A stretch of DNA of 64,000 nt from IMG/VR virus record IMGVR_UViG_3300042402_002841, positions 32,001 through 96,000 of that record. One strand, given 5' to 3'. The stretch comes from a virus. This document shows, piece after piece, positions 53,988 to 63,222 of the stretch. Position 1 is the first letter of the stretch. Every line of letters starts with the position of its first letter. A program made the translations under genes and the position numbers. Below the pieces are notes generated by a model that worked only from the letters and a program-made list of their open reading frames with translations, had not been told where the DNA came from and did no database searches.

Positions 53988-54353
53988 ATGACTCATATTC
54001 ATAAAATTGAAAAAATCAAAGACGAAAAAGAGTTTGATTCAAACGGCTCTGGGTATGTAATTGTGTCAAATGTTGCTGGAAGACCAATAGTTATTGGTTC
54101 GCCAGCGGTCACTCTTTATCCAGGAGATAAAGCATTTTCATGTGAAGACAACGATTCCGTACTTCGGGCAGTAAAAGCCAAAAAACTTGCAATCGTTGAA
54201 ATCTTTGAATCAAAACCGAAAACAAAGAAGCAAAAGCCAGAAGAACCAAAACAAGAAGAAACTTTAGCAACAGTTGCAGATATAGAAGAAGAAGTTTCTG
54301 TACAATTGGGGTTGTCCGATGAAGGCGATTCTCCGCTGAGCGACAAACTGTAA
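53988..54353 (+). CDS. Hypothetical protein upstream of sheath
   Basis: AGGAG RBS; 121 aa. Confidence 0.65.
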   Translation: MTHIHKIEKIKDEKEFDSNGSGYVIVSNVAGRPIVIGSPAVTLYPGDKAFSCEDNDSVLRAVKAKKLAIVEIFESKPKTKKQKPEEPKQEETLATVADIEEEVSVQLGLSDEGDSPLSDKL

Positions 54354-54371
54354 GACACTAAGAGAGGTCCA

Positions 54372-55847
54372 ATGCCAGGCGTAACAATTACCACAGCAGT
54401 AAGAACAGGCCCAACAAGCGCTACTGTTCGTGAATCATCACAGGCTTTTTTTATTGGTCTTGCTCAGCGAGGACCAGTTGATGAGGCAGTTCTCGTAAGA
54501 AGCCTTGCCGAGTTTGAGGAGACATTTGGTACATATGTTACCTATGCCTACCTGCATCCAACTGTTCAAACTTTCTTTGAAGAGGGTGGCACGCAGTGTT
54601 ACATCGCCAGAGTCGTTGGACCAGGAGCAACCACTGCAAATGTAATCTTGGATGACGGTGGCCCAAGCGCGGATGAACTTATTGAATTGACAGCAAATGG
54701 CCCTGGAAACTGGGCGCACAGCATGCAAATTCAAGTAACCGCATCAGGTTCTCTTCGTAATATTAAATTGACCTACAATGGTGACCTTGTTTACCAAACA
54801 GGAAACAGAGCAAGCGCATCAGCCCTGGTAAGCGCAATCAACAACAGCGCAATTGCATCACAATACATGACTGCAACTCTATTGATTGACGAACTTCCAG
54901 GTGCTTCTGCAGCAGTAGCCTTTGGAGCAGGTACTTATACTGACGGCAATGACGACATTGGAGATTCCACAGTTGACACAACATTTACAGCATATGTTTC
55001 TGCTCTTGATTTGTTTCTTGACTCGTATGGAACTGGTGCAGTTGTTTGTCCAGAAACACACCAAATCAATACGCAATTGATTGCTCATGCAAATTCTTAT
55101 AACAGAATTGCACTATTGCATCTTGAAGAAGGCACGAGTGACCCTGCTGATGATGCAGCAACACTGAGTGCAGAAGACCACTCGGAGCATGCAGCAGTTT
55201 ATTACCCATGGGTTTTTATTCCAACCGATGTTAATGGAGTTAATAAGTTAATTCCGCCAACAGGATTTGTTGCTGGTAAGCGTGCTCTTGCGCACAACCA
55301 GACAGGCCCTCATCAGCCATATGCTGGTCTTGTATCTAGTGCAAGATTCGTAAATGGAGTTGAAGTTGATGTTAATAGAACACTCGGTGACTCACTTGAT
55401 GCTGAGTATGTAAACGCAATTCGTTTTATTGCTAACTCTATTAGAATCTATGGAGCACGCTCGTTGTCAACTGACACCGATAATTTCAGATTCATTACAA
55501 TTCAAGACACTGTCAATGGAGTTGTTATTGAAGCAAATGCTTCAATGGAAGACTTAGTCTTCTCTGTAATTGATGGTCGTGGTGGATTGTTTGCTTCAAT
55601 TGAAGGAAGATTGACCGCCATTTGTGAAAGAATGAAGGCAATCGGAGCGCTTTACGAGGCATACGATGCTAATGGAAAATTGCTTGACCCTGGCTACTCG
55701 GTTAAGTGCGACACTTCAATCAACACAACAGCACAACTTGCAGAAGGAACAATCAAGGCTCAACTTGGTGTCCGAGTGAGTTCAGTTGGCGACAAGATTG
55801 AAGTGACAATCATTAAGTCAAACCTAACATCCTCAATTACAGTCTAA
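54372..55847 (+). CDS. Contractile tail sheath protein
   Basis: MPGVTI, FIGLAQRGP, FFEEGG..YIARV, AVYYPW, PPTGFVAG, IYGARSL. Confidence 0.93.
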   Translation: MPGVTITTAVRTGPTSATVRESSQAFFIGLAQRGPVDEAVLVRSLAEFEETFGTYVTYAYLHPTVQTFFEEGGTQCYIARVVGPGATTANVILDDGGPSADELIELTANGPGNWAHSMQIQVTASGSLRNIKLTYNGDLVYQTGNRASASALVSAINNSAIASQYMTATLLIDELPGASAAVAFGAGTYTDGNDDIGDSTVDTTFTAYVSALDLFLDSYGTGAVVCPETHQINTQLIAHANSYNRIALLHLEEGTSDPADDAATLSAEDHSEHAAVYYPWVFIPTDVNGVNKLIPPTGFVAGKRALAHNQTGPHQPYAGLVSSARFVNGVEVDVNRTLGDSLDAEYVNAIRFIANSIRIYGARSLSTDTDNFRFITIQDTVNGVVIEANASMEDLVFSVIDGRGGLFASIEGRLTAICERMKAIGALYEAYDANGKLLDPGYSVKCDTSINTTAQLAEGTIKAQLGVRVSSVGDKIEVTIIKSNLTSSITV

Positions 55848-55860
55848 GTAGGAGCAAAAA

Positions 55861-56316
55861 ATGGCAAAACTATCTCAGAGGCAAATCCTTGCGGAAATTG
55901 TTCCGATTAGCGCTTCATCGCCTAAGTGGAACCTTTTCCAGTTTGCTCAAGTTTCTGGTGGCGAAATTACCGCTTCTGTTGAAAAGATTTACCCTGGTGG
56001 CGCAAAATTTCCAGAAGTTCTTTGTGCTCCAGCGGAAATTGGTGACATTACGCTAACTGCTCATTACGACGATGACAGAACTGCCGCAGAAGACGGAAAC
56101 GGAATTGCTGCAAAAATTAAAGCCCTCAGACCGCTTGTTGGTCGTGCTTACTACGACATTGTAGTAAAGACATATGACTGCGACATTGAGGTTAAGGGTC
56201 TTGACCGCACATATTCAAAGTGTCTTTTGGTTGGAATTACAGAGCCAGACGGTGACTCATCTTCGGGTGCCCCAGCAACATTTGCACTGACATTCTCAGT
56301 GCAAGGCGTGGTCTGA
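55861..56316 (+). CDS. Tail tube protein
   Basis: Follows sheath; 151 aa; F..VSGG..ITL pattern. Confidence 0.8.
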   Translation: MAKLSQRQILAEIVPISASSPKWNLFQFAQVSGGEITASVEKIYPGGAKFPEVLCAPAEIGDITLTAHYDDDRTAAEDGNGIAAKIKALRPLVGRAYYDIVVKTYDCDIEVKGLDRTYSKCLLVGITEPDGDSSSGAPATFALTFSVQGVV

Positions 56317-56378
56317 TTTAAAATAACATTTTACTAGTTACTTGCACTGCAAACCAATTGCTGTGCTAGTGTTCTGGC

Positions 56379-56918
56379 ATGACAGAAAATAACTCTCTCT
56401 ATTCAGAATCAGAACAACCTAAAAAGGCAGAGCCAAAACAGGCTTCTTTGCCGAAGGTTGAAGAACAAAATGTCCTTAACAAACTTAAAGAAGTAATTCA
56501 AAAAAAGGTTGAGCGTCCAGTTGTTCGTCTTGATGTCCCAGAACGCCCAGGCGTTTCTTTGCGAATCAGCCCAAATATTACCCAAAATCAACTTCGCAAT
56601 TGGCGAAAGAATTCTGGCGAGGACACAAAGGCTGGCATGGACTCCATTAAGTTTTCTTGCTATGTAATTGGTTCAACAACAGTTGGTGTATGCATTGACG
56701 AAGAAGAAGTGTTTGACGAGAGTGGTTACTCTCTTAACTTCGCATCATCGCACATCCTTGAGATGACAGAGGCTTCACGCCCTATCCCAGAGGCTGTTCG
56801 TGCGTTTTTTGGAGTTGACCCACACCTTGAGGCTGCCGCTTTGGCAATCCTTGATGCTTCTGGATACTCCGACACGATTGACACATCGGACCCTACGACG
56901 GAGTCTTCAACGAACTAG
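56379..56918 (+). CDS. Tail assembly chaperone
   Basis: Between tube and tape measure; ends in DPT.. Confidence 0.75.
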   Translation: MTENNSLYSESEQPKKAEPKQASLPKVEEQNVLNKLKEVIQKKVERPVVRLDVPERPGVSLRISPNITQNQLRNWRKNSGEDTKAGMDSIKFSCYVIGSTTVGVCIDEEEVFDESGYSLNFASSHILEMTEASRPIPEAVRAFFGVDPHLEAAALAILDASGYSDTIDTSDPTTESSTN

Positions 56919-57100
56919 TTGATGACTCCTTAGTTGTATCCGCTGCTCGGCTAGGAGAGTTGTTTGGGACTGACCCAATACAACTTTTAAACTGCAGTGA
57001 AGACGAATGGTTGATACGCCTTGCCTGTGCTAAAGTTATTAGTAACGACCGTGAAGACCAGGAAAAACAACGCCAAAAAGCGCAAAACTCTGGCCGTTAG
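56882..57100 (+). CDS. Probable -1 frameshift extension of the tail assembly chaperone
   Basis: 73-codon open -1 frame overlapping the chaperone end, with no ATG: ..YDGVFNELVDDSLVVSAARLGELFGTDP..NSGR. Confidence 0.65.
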   Translation, partial: HIGPYDGVFNELVDDSLVVSAARLGELFGTDPIQLLNCSEDEWLIRLACAKVISNDREDQEKQRQKAQNSGR

Positions 57101-57118
57101 CGAATTACTGGAGCATCA

Positions 57119-60100
57119 ATGGCTGAAGCGAAACTTACAATTGACATTGATGTTGATGGTGTAGCAAAAGCAGTAACAGGCCTAGCCAGTGTTAATAGGG
57201 CTGTAAGAAACATTGACAGCAGAACAAATGGTCTTGCTACAACCGCTCGTGGGGCTGGACAAACAATACAGACCAGCGTTAATAAGTGGAAAAAGTCTTT
57301 TGACCAGTTTGACAAAATGGTCAAGATGGTGGGAACCGTAGGCTTAAAAGGCCTTTCAATGGCGCTCAAATTTGCAACTTTTGAAATGGCCGCTATGGGT
57401 GCAGCCATGCTTGCCGTGCATGGTGCCTTTATCTTGGGTAATGCAGCAATGAAGGCTATGAAGGCCACCTTGGGGCCTCTTGCTGCTGGTATGACTGGGA
57501 TTGTCGCAGCAGCAGCCGCAGCATCTGCGGCAATCAGGGAGCAGCAAGCCGCAATGTGGGCTTACAAAAATAACTCCGCCCCCCAGTTTGGTTCTGGTTT
57601 AAATCAAGCAAGAATGGTGATGCGTGCCCTTCATACTGATGTTGAATTGTCAACAGTCGGCATTGAGAATTTAAACAAAGCCTATGGGACCATTTCAAAA
57701 TCTTCAACCTTTACAGCACAGAGTCAAAACCTTCTTAAAGGATTAATGGACTTTGCTTCAGCGGGTCAACCAATTGAAGAAGGAATAACAAAAGCAGCAG
57801 AATTGGTTGCTTTGCTCCAAGATTCAAAAAAGTCTTTTTCTGAAGCAAAATCATCAGCAGAACAACTTTTTCCAGATAAAAAAGCCGTTCAAAAAGCGAT
57901 GAAAGACTTAAAAATAAATACAAAAGAAGGTCTTCAAAAAGCAATCACAAGCGGTGAATTGGCAAAGGCTGCTGGTGTTGAAGGTCAGTTTGATGCAGTT
58001 TCTGGAACCTTGATGAACAGAGTAAAAGGCTATTTTACTATTTTGAGAAATCAATTAGGAGACCTTGGTCAACCACTTCTTGAACCAATAAAAGAAGCAG
58101 CAAATTCAATATTTAATATTCTTCGTCGTGGGTTTGTAAAAATTTCTGGTAACACACAAAAATTTGGCATGGGCTCAATGCTTGAAGGTTTAGTCAATAT
58201 GGTTGACAAACTCACTACATGGTCCACTGATTTGATTAATGAAAATATTTCATCAGTTGAAGGCATGTTTGAGAAAATGGCTGGATGGTGGAAGGATTTT
58301 AGATACGGCTGGAATGAAACGCTTGACAAATTAAGACCGTTTATTGATGGTGCTCGCGTAATTGAAAAAGCATTTGGTGAAGTGTGGCGACATGTAAAAG
58401 ATATTGTTGGTTCAGGTTTTGGTCAATTCAATGAATGGCTTCAACAAAATGAAGAAACGGTAGTTGAATTTGGTGGAAAAATCGGAGACCTTTTTACTTC
58501 AATTATGAAGTTTCAAATGGAAATGAAAAAAATCATTCAAGACCTAATGCCCTTTATCAACAATGTTATTGGTGGCGTGTCGCAAATGGTTGACCAGATG
58601 ACCAGTTTTATAAAAGCGCTTCGGTCAATTACTGGCGGTGGCGTTATTGGAGCGCTTGCTAGTCTTCTTGCAATTAGGGGCGCGTTTGGTGCAATGAAAA
58701 ACACCAAAGGCGGATGGATGGCAAAACAAACAATAACAACTCAACCAATAAACGCTCAGCAAGTTGTTATTAACACTCCATCTGTGGTCCCTGGCGGTGG
58801 AAGACTTGGAACCACTGGCGCTGCAATGCGTAATGGGGTACCAGCAGGACCTGGCGGTTTAGCAAGCGCTACTCCCCGATATGGCCTAGCCAGTAGTGGG
58901 TTTGGGCCAACAAATTATCCACAATATTATGCGCATGGAGGTCCTGGGGGCTTAGGTGGTACTCGTGGAGCGCCCCTTCCTGGACCCGCTATACCAATGG
59001 TTGGCCAACCAGGTTATCAACCAAGCCTTATTCATGGTCCGCAAAGAACCCGAGGAAGAAGAGCAGCCGTAGGCGCTTACAACAGGTTTAGAAACTTTTC
59101 TTACAACACATTTACGATGCCTGCCGAATCAGACGAAATGTATCAACAGAGACGGGCTACAGAAACAAGAATTGATAGACACGGAAACGAAGTTTATACT
59201 CGTTCAGCAAAGTTTAGACAAAGACAAGCAGCCCAAAGAGCGGCTCGTTCTGGACCGTTCATGTCTAAGGGGTATAAGGCTTTAGGGCAGTTTCAAGGTT
59301 CTCAAGGTGTGAAGATGGGAACTGGTCTTGCTCTTGGAGCAATGTCTCAATTTGCACCAGCAGAAGCACAGGGCGCGCTTGCTCTTGGTGGAATGGTTGG
59401 CATGATGAACCCGCTCGCTGGTATTGGTGTTGCTGGTCTTGGTACTGCTATGAAATCCAAAACAACAACAGGAGGAATGCTTTCTGGTGCTGCTGGTGGA
59501 GCAGCGATGGGTGCGATGGTTGGAAGTATTATCCCAGGACTTGGGACAGCGGCAGGTGCAGCGGCAGGCGCATTGATTGGTGCCGTAGGTGGCGGAATCA
59601 TGGGGTCTATTAATAAAAATAAAGAACAAGTAAAGGCCGCAAGGGAAGCAGCATCAAACGCTGGACAAAGCATTATTAATGGAGTTCTTTCTGGTGTTCT
59701 TGATGGAGTAAGGAAAGAAAGCGGCACTAAAGGTAGAACCGTTCTAAGAGATGCACTTCCAAATATTAGAGCAAAACAAGAATCAGCCCTCAGCATCATT
59801 AATCAAGCACCAGAAAAAAGAGGAAATTACTTCGGAATAATGCCAGACGCATTGGACCGTGGTGCAACTGGTGGTCAAATTGGTCTTGTTATGGAAAACT
59901 ACACCAAAAAAAGAATGCCAGGAATATTGAGAAAAGCAATTGGCGCAGCAACGATGAGTATGGATATTGCTGGAAATCTTGCTTATGGAACAGTTAGCAA
60001 ACTGGGTATGAAAAGCCTTACTGACAACCGTGTTCTCAACCCCCTTGGATACTCAACCAATAACCTTAAAGATGTTGATAAGAGAAAACAAGAAGAGGCT

Positions 60101-61672
60101 TTGAGAACCTTATATAGAAAACAAGATTCTTTAGGAATGAAAATTTCTGAAAAAGAACTCCAAGAAATGATGAAAAAACCTGGAGACGCACTTAAAAAAA
60201 TGCGCAAAGACATGGAGAATAACGAAAAAGCCATGGGACCAATTCAGGATTCCTACAACGCAAGAATGGATAAGTTAGGAAAAATTACTGGCAAGTCTGA
60301 CAGGGAGATTAATGATTTAGCAAAATCAATGGGCGTCAACCTCATGGATAATACTAAAGAATTTACAGAGGTATTAAAAGACCTTGGATTGGCAACAGTA
60401 AAAACAGTACAACAACTGCAGAGTGCCTTAACTAATGTCTATGTTGATGCTTTGTCAGAATTTGACAAAGCAATTAAAGCGCTCCAAACGCCACAAATCC
60501 TTGATGAATCAGCAGAGGCTTTCAGAAGACTTTATGATGCTCAGGGCGGAAGCGTAACAAAAGAGCAAGAACTTCAATATGTAAGTGATTTTTTTGAACA
60601 AACACTCACATACTTTGAAGGCGACCCAATGAAAGCGTACGCGCAAACTATTGAGTCTTTGCAGAAAAACGGAACTGCTTTTACTGACCCAAGAAGCCCG
60701 CTCTATGGAATGCAGAACATGGACTTGCTCGGCAGTGATGTTACTAAGGGTGTTTTGGAGAGAATGACTTCTGGATTTGGTGCCGAATATGGTGGGCGAC
60801 TGAACTCAATGCTCATGCAGTCAGGCGTATCTGTTAATCAAGAAGATTTTAACGCAAGATGGCAAGCCATGACCATGGACCAAAGAATGACTGCTGCTTC
60901 GGCTATTACTGGAGGAATTGGAACTGGAAAAGATAGGCAGATGGCTATCAATAAGTATGGTTCTGAATCGGCGGCACTGTTAGCGGTGGCAGGCTTGACT
61001 GATTTGACAACTAGCGCAGTTGAAACACCAGGAACAGAGGCAAAAGACCTTGCTGAAGTTTCAGAAGAAATAGCAACAGCAACAACTAGGTTGATTGACC
61101 AAATGTCTGAGTATTTTAAAGTAGCAGATAATGCAGTTCCTTCTTGGTACAACACTCCTCCATCTTGGTGGGACCCTAAAGATACTTCAACCCCTCGCGG
61201 TCAGGCTTTTGGTGACACAACCTCAAGTCGTCTCTCGCAGACAATGGCTCGCCACGCCTCTATGAATAGCATGTTGACGGGAACACGCACTGTCACTTCT
61301 GGCTATAGAAACTACGGTCTTGGTTCAATAAATTCCGACCATGTAACTGGAAGAGCATATGACCTTGTTGGTCAAAACCTGGGACAGTACCAATCCTTAG
61401 TCAGGGGAACTGGTGGTTTTGCAGAATTCCACGGAGTTAATGGAGCAAGACATCTTCATGTAGTTCCTGGTTCTGGGGCTATTGGAGATAGCCGTGTACC
61501 TGTATCTTCCTCTACTACACCAGGGCCGATAGTAATGTCTGGCGGTGGAGGTGGTGGAAATAACTACAACTTCTATGTGAGTGGAAATCAAAATGCCTCT
61601 GCTGGTGAAATAGCAGAAATAGTTATGCAAAAAGTTAAAGAAGTAGAACGCTCAAATAGGGAGAGAAGATAA
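57119..61672 (+). CDS. Tape measure protein with C-terminal M15-like peptidoglycan peptidase domain
   Basis: 1517 aa, helical and Gly/Ala-rich; VTSGYR..SDHVTGRAYD..HLHV. Confidence 0.88.
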   Translation: MAEAKLTIDIDVDGVAKAVTGLASVNRAVRNIDSRTNGLATTARGAGQTIQTSVNKWKKSFDQFDKMVKMVGTVGLKGLSMALKFATFEMAAMGAAMLAVHGAFILGNAAMKAMKATLGPLAAGMTGIVAAAAAASAAIREQQAAMWAYKNNSAPQFGSGLNQARMVMRALHTDVELSTVGIENLNKAYGTISKSSTFTAQSQNLLKGLMDFASAGQPIEEGITKAAELVALLQDSKKSFSEAKSSAEQLFPDKKAVQKAMKDLKINTKEGLQKAITSGELAKAAGVEGQFDAVSGTLMNRVKGYFTILRNQLGDLGQPLLEPIKEAANSIFNILRRGFVKISGNTQKFGMGSMLEGLVNMVDKLTTWSTDLINENISSVEGMFEKMAGWWKDFRYGWNETLDKLRPFIDGARVIEKAFGEVWRHVKDIVGSGFGQFNEWLQQNEETVVEFGGKIGDLFTSIMKFQMEMKKIIQDLMPFINNVIGGVSQMVDQMTSFIKALRSITGGGVIGALASLLAIRGAFGAMKNTKGGWMAKQTITTQPINAQQVVINTPSVVPGGGRLGTTGAAMRNGVPAGPGGLASATPRYGLASSGFGPTNYPQYYAHGGPGGLGGTRGAPLPGPAIPMVGQPGYQPSLIHGPQRTRGRRAAVGAYNRFRNFSYNTFTMPAESDEMYQQRRATETRIDRHGNEVYTRSAKFRQRQAAQRAARSGPFMSKGYKALGQFQGSQGVKMGTGLALGAMSQFAPAEAQGALALGGMVGMMNPLAGIGVAGLGTAMKSKTTTGGMLSGAAGGAAMGAMVGSIIPGLGTAAGAAAGALIGAVGGGIMGSINKNKEQVKAAREAASNAGQSIINGVLSGVLDGVRKESGTKGRTVLRDALPNIRAKQESALSIINQAPEKRGNYFGIMPDALDRGATGGQIGLVMENYTKKRMPGILRKAIGAATMSMDIAGNLAYGTVSKLGMKSLTDNRVLNPLGYSTNNLKDVDKRKQEEALRTLYRKQDSLGMKISEKELQEMMKKPGDALKKMRKDMENNEKAMGPIQDSYNARMDKLGKITGKSDREINDLAKSMGVNLMDNTKEFTEVLKDLGLATVKTVQQLQSALTNVYVDALSEFDKAIKALQTPQILDESAEAFRRLYDAQGGSVTKEQELQYVSDFFEQTLTYFEGDPMKAYAQTIESLQKNGTAFTDPRSPLYGMQNMDLLGSDVTKGVLERMTSGFGAEYGGRLNSMLMQSGVSVNQEDFNARWQAMTMDQRMTAASAITGGIGTGKDRQMAINKYGSESAALLAVAGLTDLTTSAVETPGTEAKDLAEVSEEIATATTRLIDQMSEYFKVADNAVPSWYNTPPSWWDPKDTSTPRGQAFGDTTSSRLSQTMARHASMNSMLTGTRTVTSGYRNYGLGSINSDHVTGRAYDLVGQNLGQYQSLVRGTGGFAEFHGVNGARHLHVVPGSGAIGDSRVPVSSSTTPGPIVMSGGGGGGNNYNFYVSGNQNASAGEIAEIVMQKVKEVERSNRERR

Positions 61673-63216
61673 TGACTAAAGAAGGAATTTCATATCAAAA
61701 TCCTATTAGGTTTCGGAATGCTTCAACGAATGCTGAAAACTACGAAAAAGCAAGTAAAATTTTTCAATCCCAAGTTCCTGGAAGATTTGTTCAAGATGCA
61801 CTTAATGTTTATTTTTGCACTACATACAAATCTACCAGAGGTGAACCTATCTGGAACAGAATAAATCAAGCAGACGGAAAACCTCTTAACGGTAAATATA
61901 TTTTAATAAATTTCGGAAAATCTGGAGAAACACCAGAATCCAAAACTTTAAATGGTCAAAAAATTTCTTACACAATTTCGTCAGTAAGGCTTCGTTTAAA
62001 TGCAAACAGAGCATACGACAAGAAAGCGCTTGGTAGTTTTGTTTTTGTCCTCTTGCCAAGCAACGACGCAGTAGCCCCAACATCCCCAACAGGAACAGTT
62101 GCAAATCCATTAGTTCAAACTGGTGATAGTTCAACATATGCATTAACGGCAAATATTCTTGAAGGAAAAGATAGAAATGCGCAAGCATACGCATATCTTT
62201 CTAAAGACACGAATGGAAGAAGTGGTTCTGGAACTGTAAGAAGAGGAACTACACCTGCAACAACAAGTTCAACTCCGAGCATCGCGTCTATTGTTGGACG
62301 ACAGGAGTCTGCAGCAATAACTGCTTCAACAGGAAGAACAAGTTCTACACCCCCAAGGCCAAATCCAAGCGGTTCAAGCCCATCTTCACGCAGAACTTCT
62401 GGGGGCAGGTCAAATACTCCTCCGAATGTCAGTAATTCTCCCAGTCTCTCTACGGTTGTCGTGAGGTTGCAACCAGATAGGAATATATTTAACGGCAGAG
62501 GACTCTACAACGGATATGTAGATAAGCCATATATTCAGCAAACAATTTCAGTTTTTAGCAATACCCGTGATGAAAGAAATCAAGAACAGCCAACACGGGA
62601 AAGAATTGTAAGAAGACATGTATTTGAAATAATTCCAAATACTTTTGAATTTTCTCAACTTTCTTCTACATGGAACGAAGTTGAAAGAAGTGGAAATTAT
62701 CCGCTAGTTGATTGGGCTAAATATAACTTGACAAAATGCAGTTTTAGATTTCTTGTTGCAAGCAGAAGAATAGATGAAATAGAACAGCAAAGAACTCTAG
62801 TAAATGATGGAATGGATGTTTCTATTGAACAAGAAATTGAAAACATCAGAATAATGGCTGGCTCACCCTCTCCAGTCACATTTTACAATTTTAATAAACT
62901 TCTCAGCACTTCCTATAGGTTCCCCTACCTTGAAAATACTAGAGGAATTCAGTGGGTAATTGCCGATTTATCTGTTACAGCCACAAGACTTACACCAAAT
63001 GGCCGAGGTATTGCTGCTGCTGAAGTTTCAATTACATTAAACGAATATCCAGAGATAGCACGAGATATTGTATTACTCCCACCTCTTGCGCCAGATAGAC
63101 CAATTCCTCAAATATGTAGACCTAATCCATGCCCACCGCCCACCCCTAGGGCAAGAGGGTTGTTGACCGATACATTTACTATTGATAGAAGTATCTACAC
63201 TCCAGAGAGCAAGTAA
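61672..63216 (+). CDS. Putative baseplate / tube-initiator protein with Ser/Thr/Pro linker
   Basis: Directly follows tape measure; C-terminal W.I..LSV...AEVSITLNEY. Confidence 0.55.
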   Translation: MTKEGISYQNPIRFRNASTNAENYEKASKIFQSQVPGRFVQDALNVYFCTTYKSTRGEPIWNRINQADGKPLNGKYILINFGKSGETPESKTLNGQKISYTISSVRLRLNANRAYDKKALGSFVFVLLPSNDAVAPTSPTGTVANPLVQTGDSSTYALTANILEGKDRNAQAYAYLSKDTNGRSGSGTVRRGTTPATTSSTPSIASIVGRQESAAITASTGRTSSTPPRPNPSGSSPSSRRTSGGRSNTPPNVSNSPSLSTVVVRLQPDRNIFNGRGLYNGYVDKPYIQQTISVFSNTRDERNQEQPTRERIVRRHVFEIIPNTFEFSQLSSTWNEVERSGNYPLVDWAKYNLTKCSFRFLVASRRIDEIEQQRTLVNDGMDVSIEQEIENIRIMAGSPSPVTFYNFNKLLSTSYRFPYLENTRGIQWVIADLSVTATRLTPNGRGIAAAEVSITLNEYPEIARDIVLLPPLAPDRPIPQICRPNPCPPPTPRARGLLTDTFTIDRSIYTPESK

Positions 63217-63222
63217 TTACAA

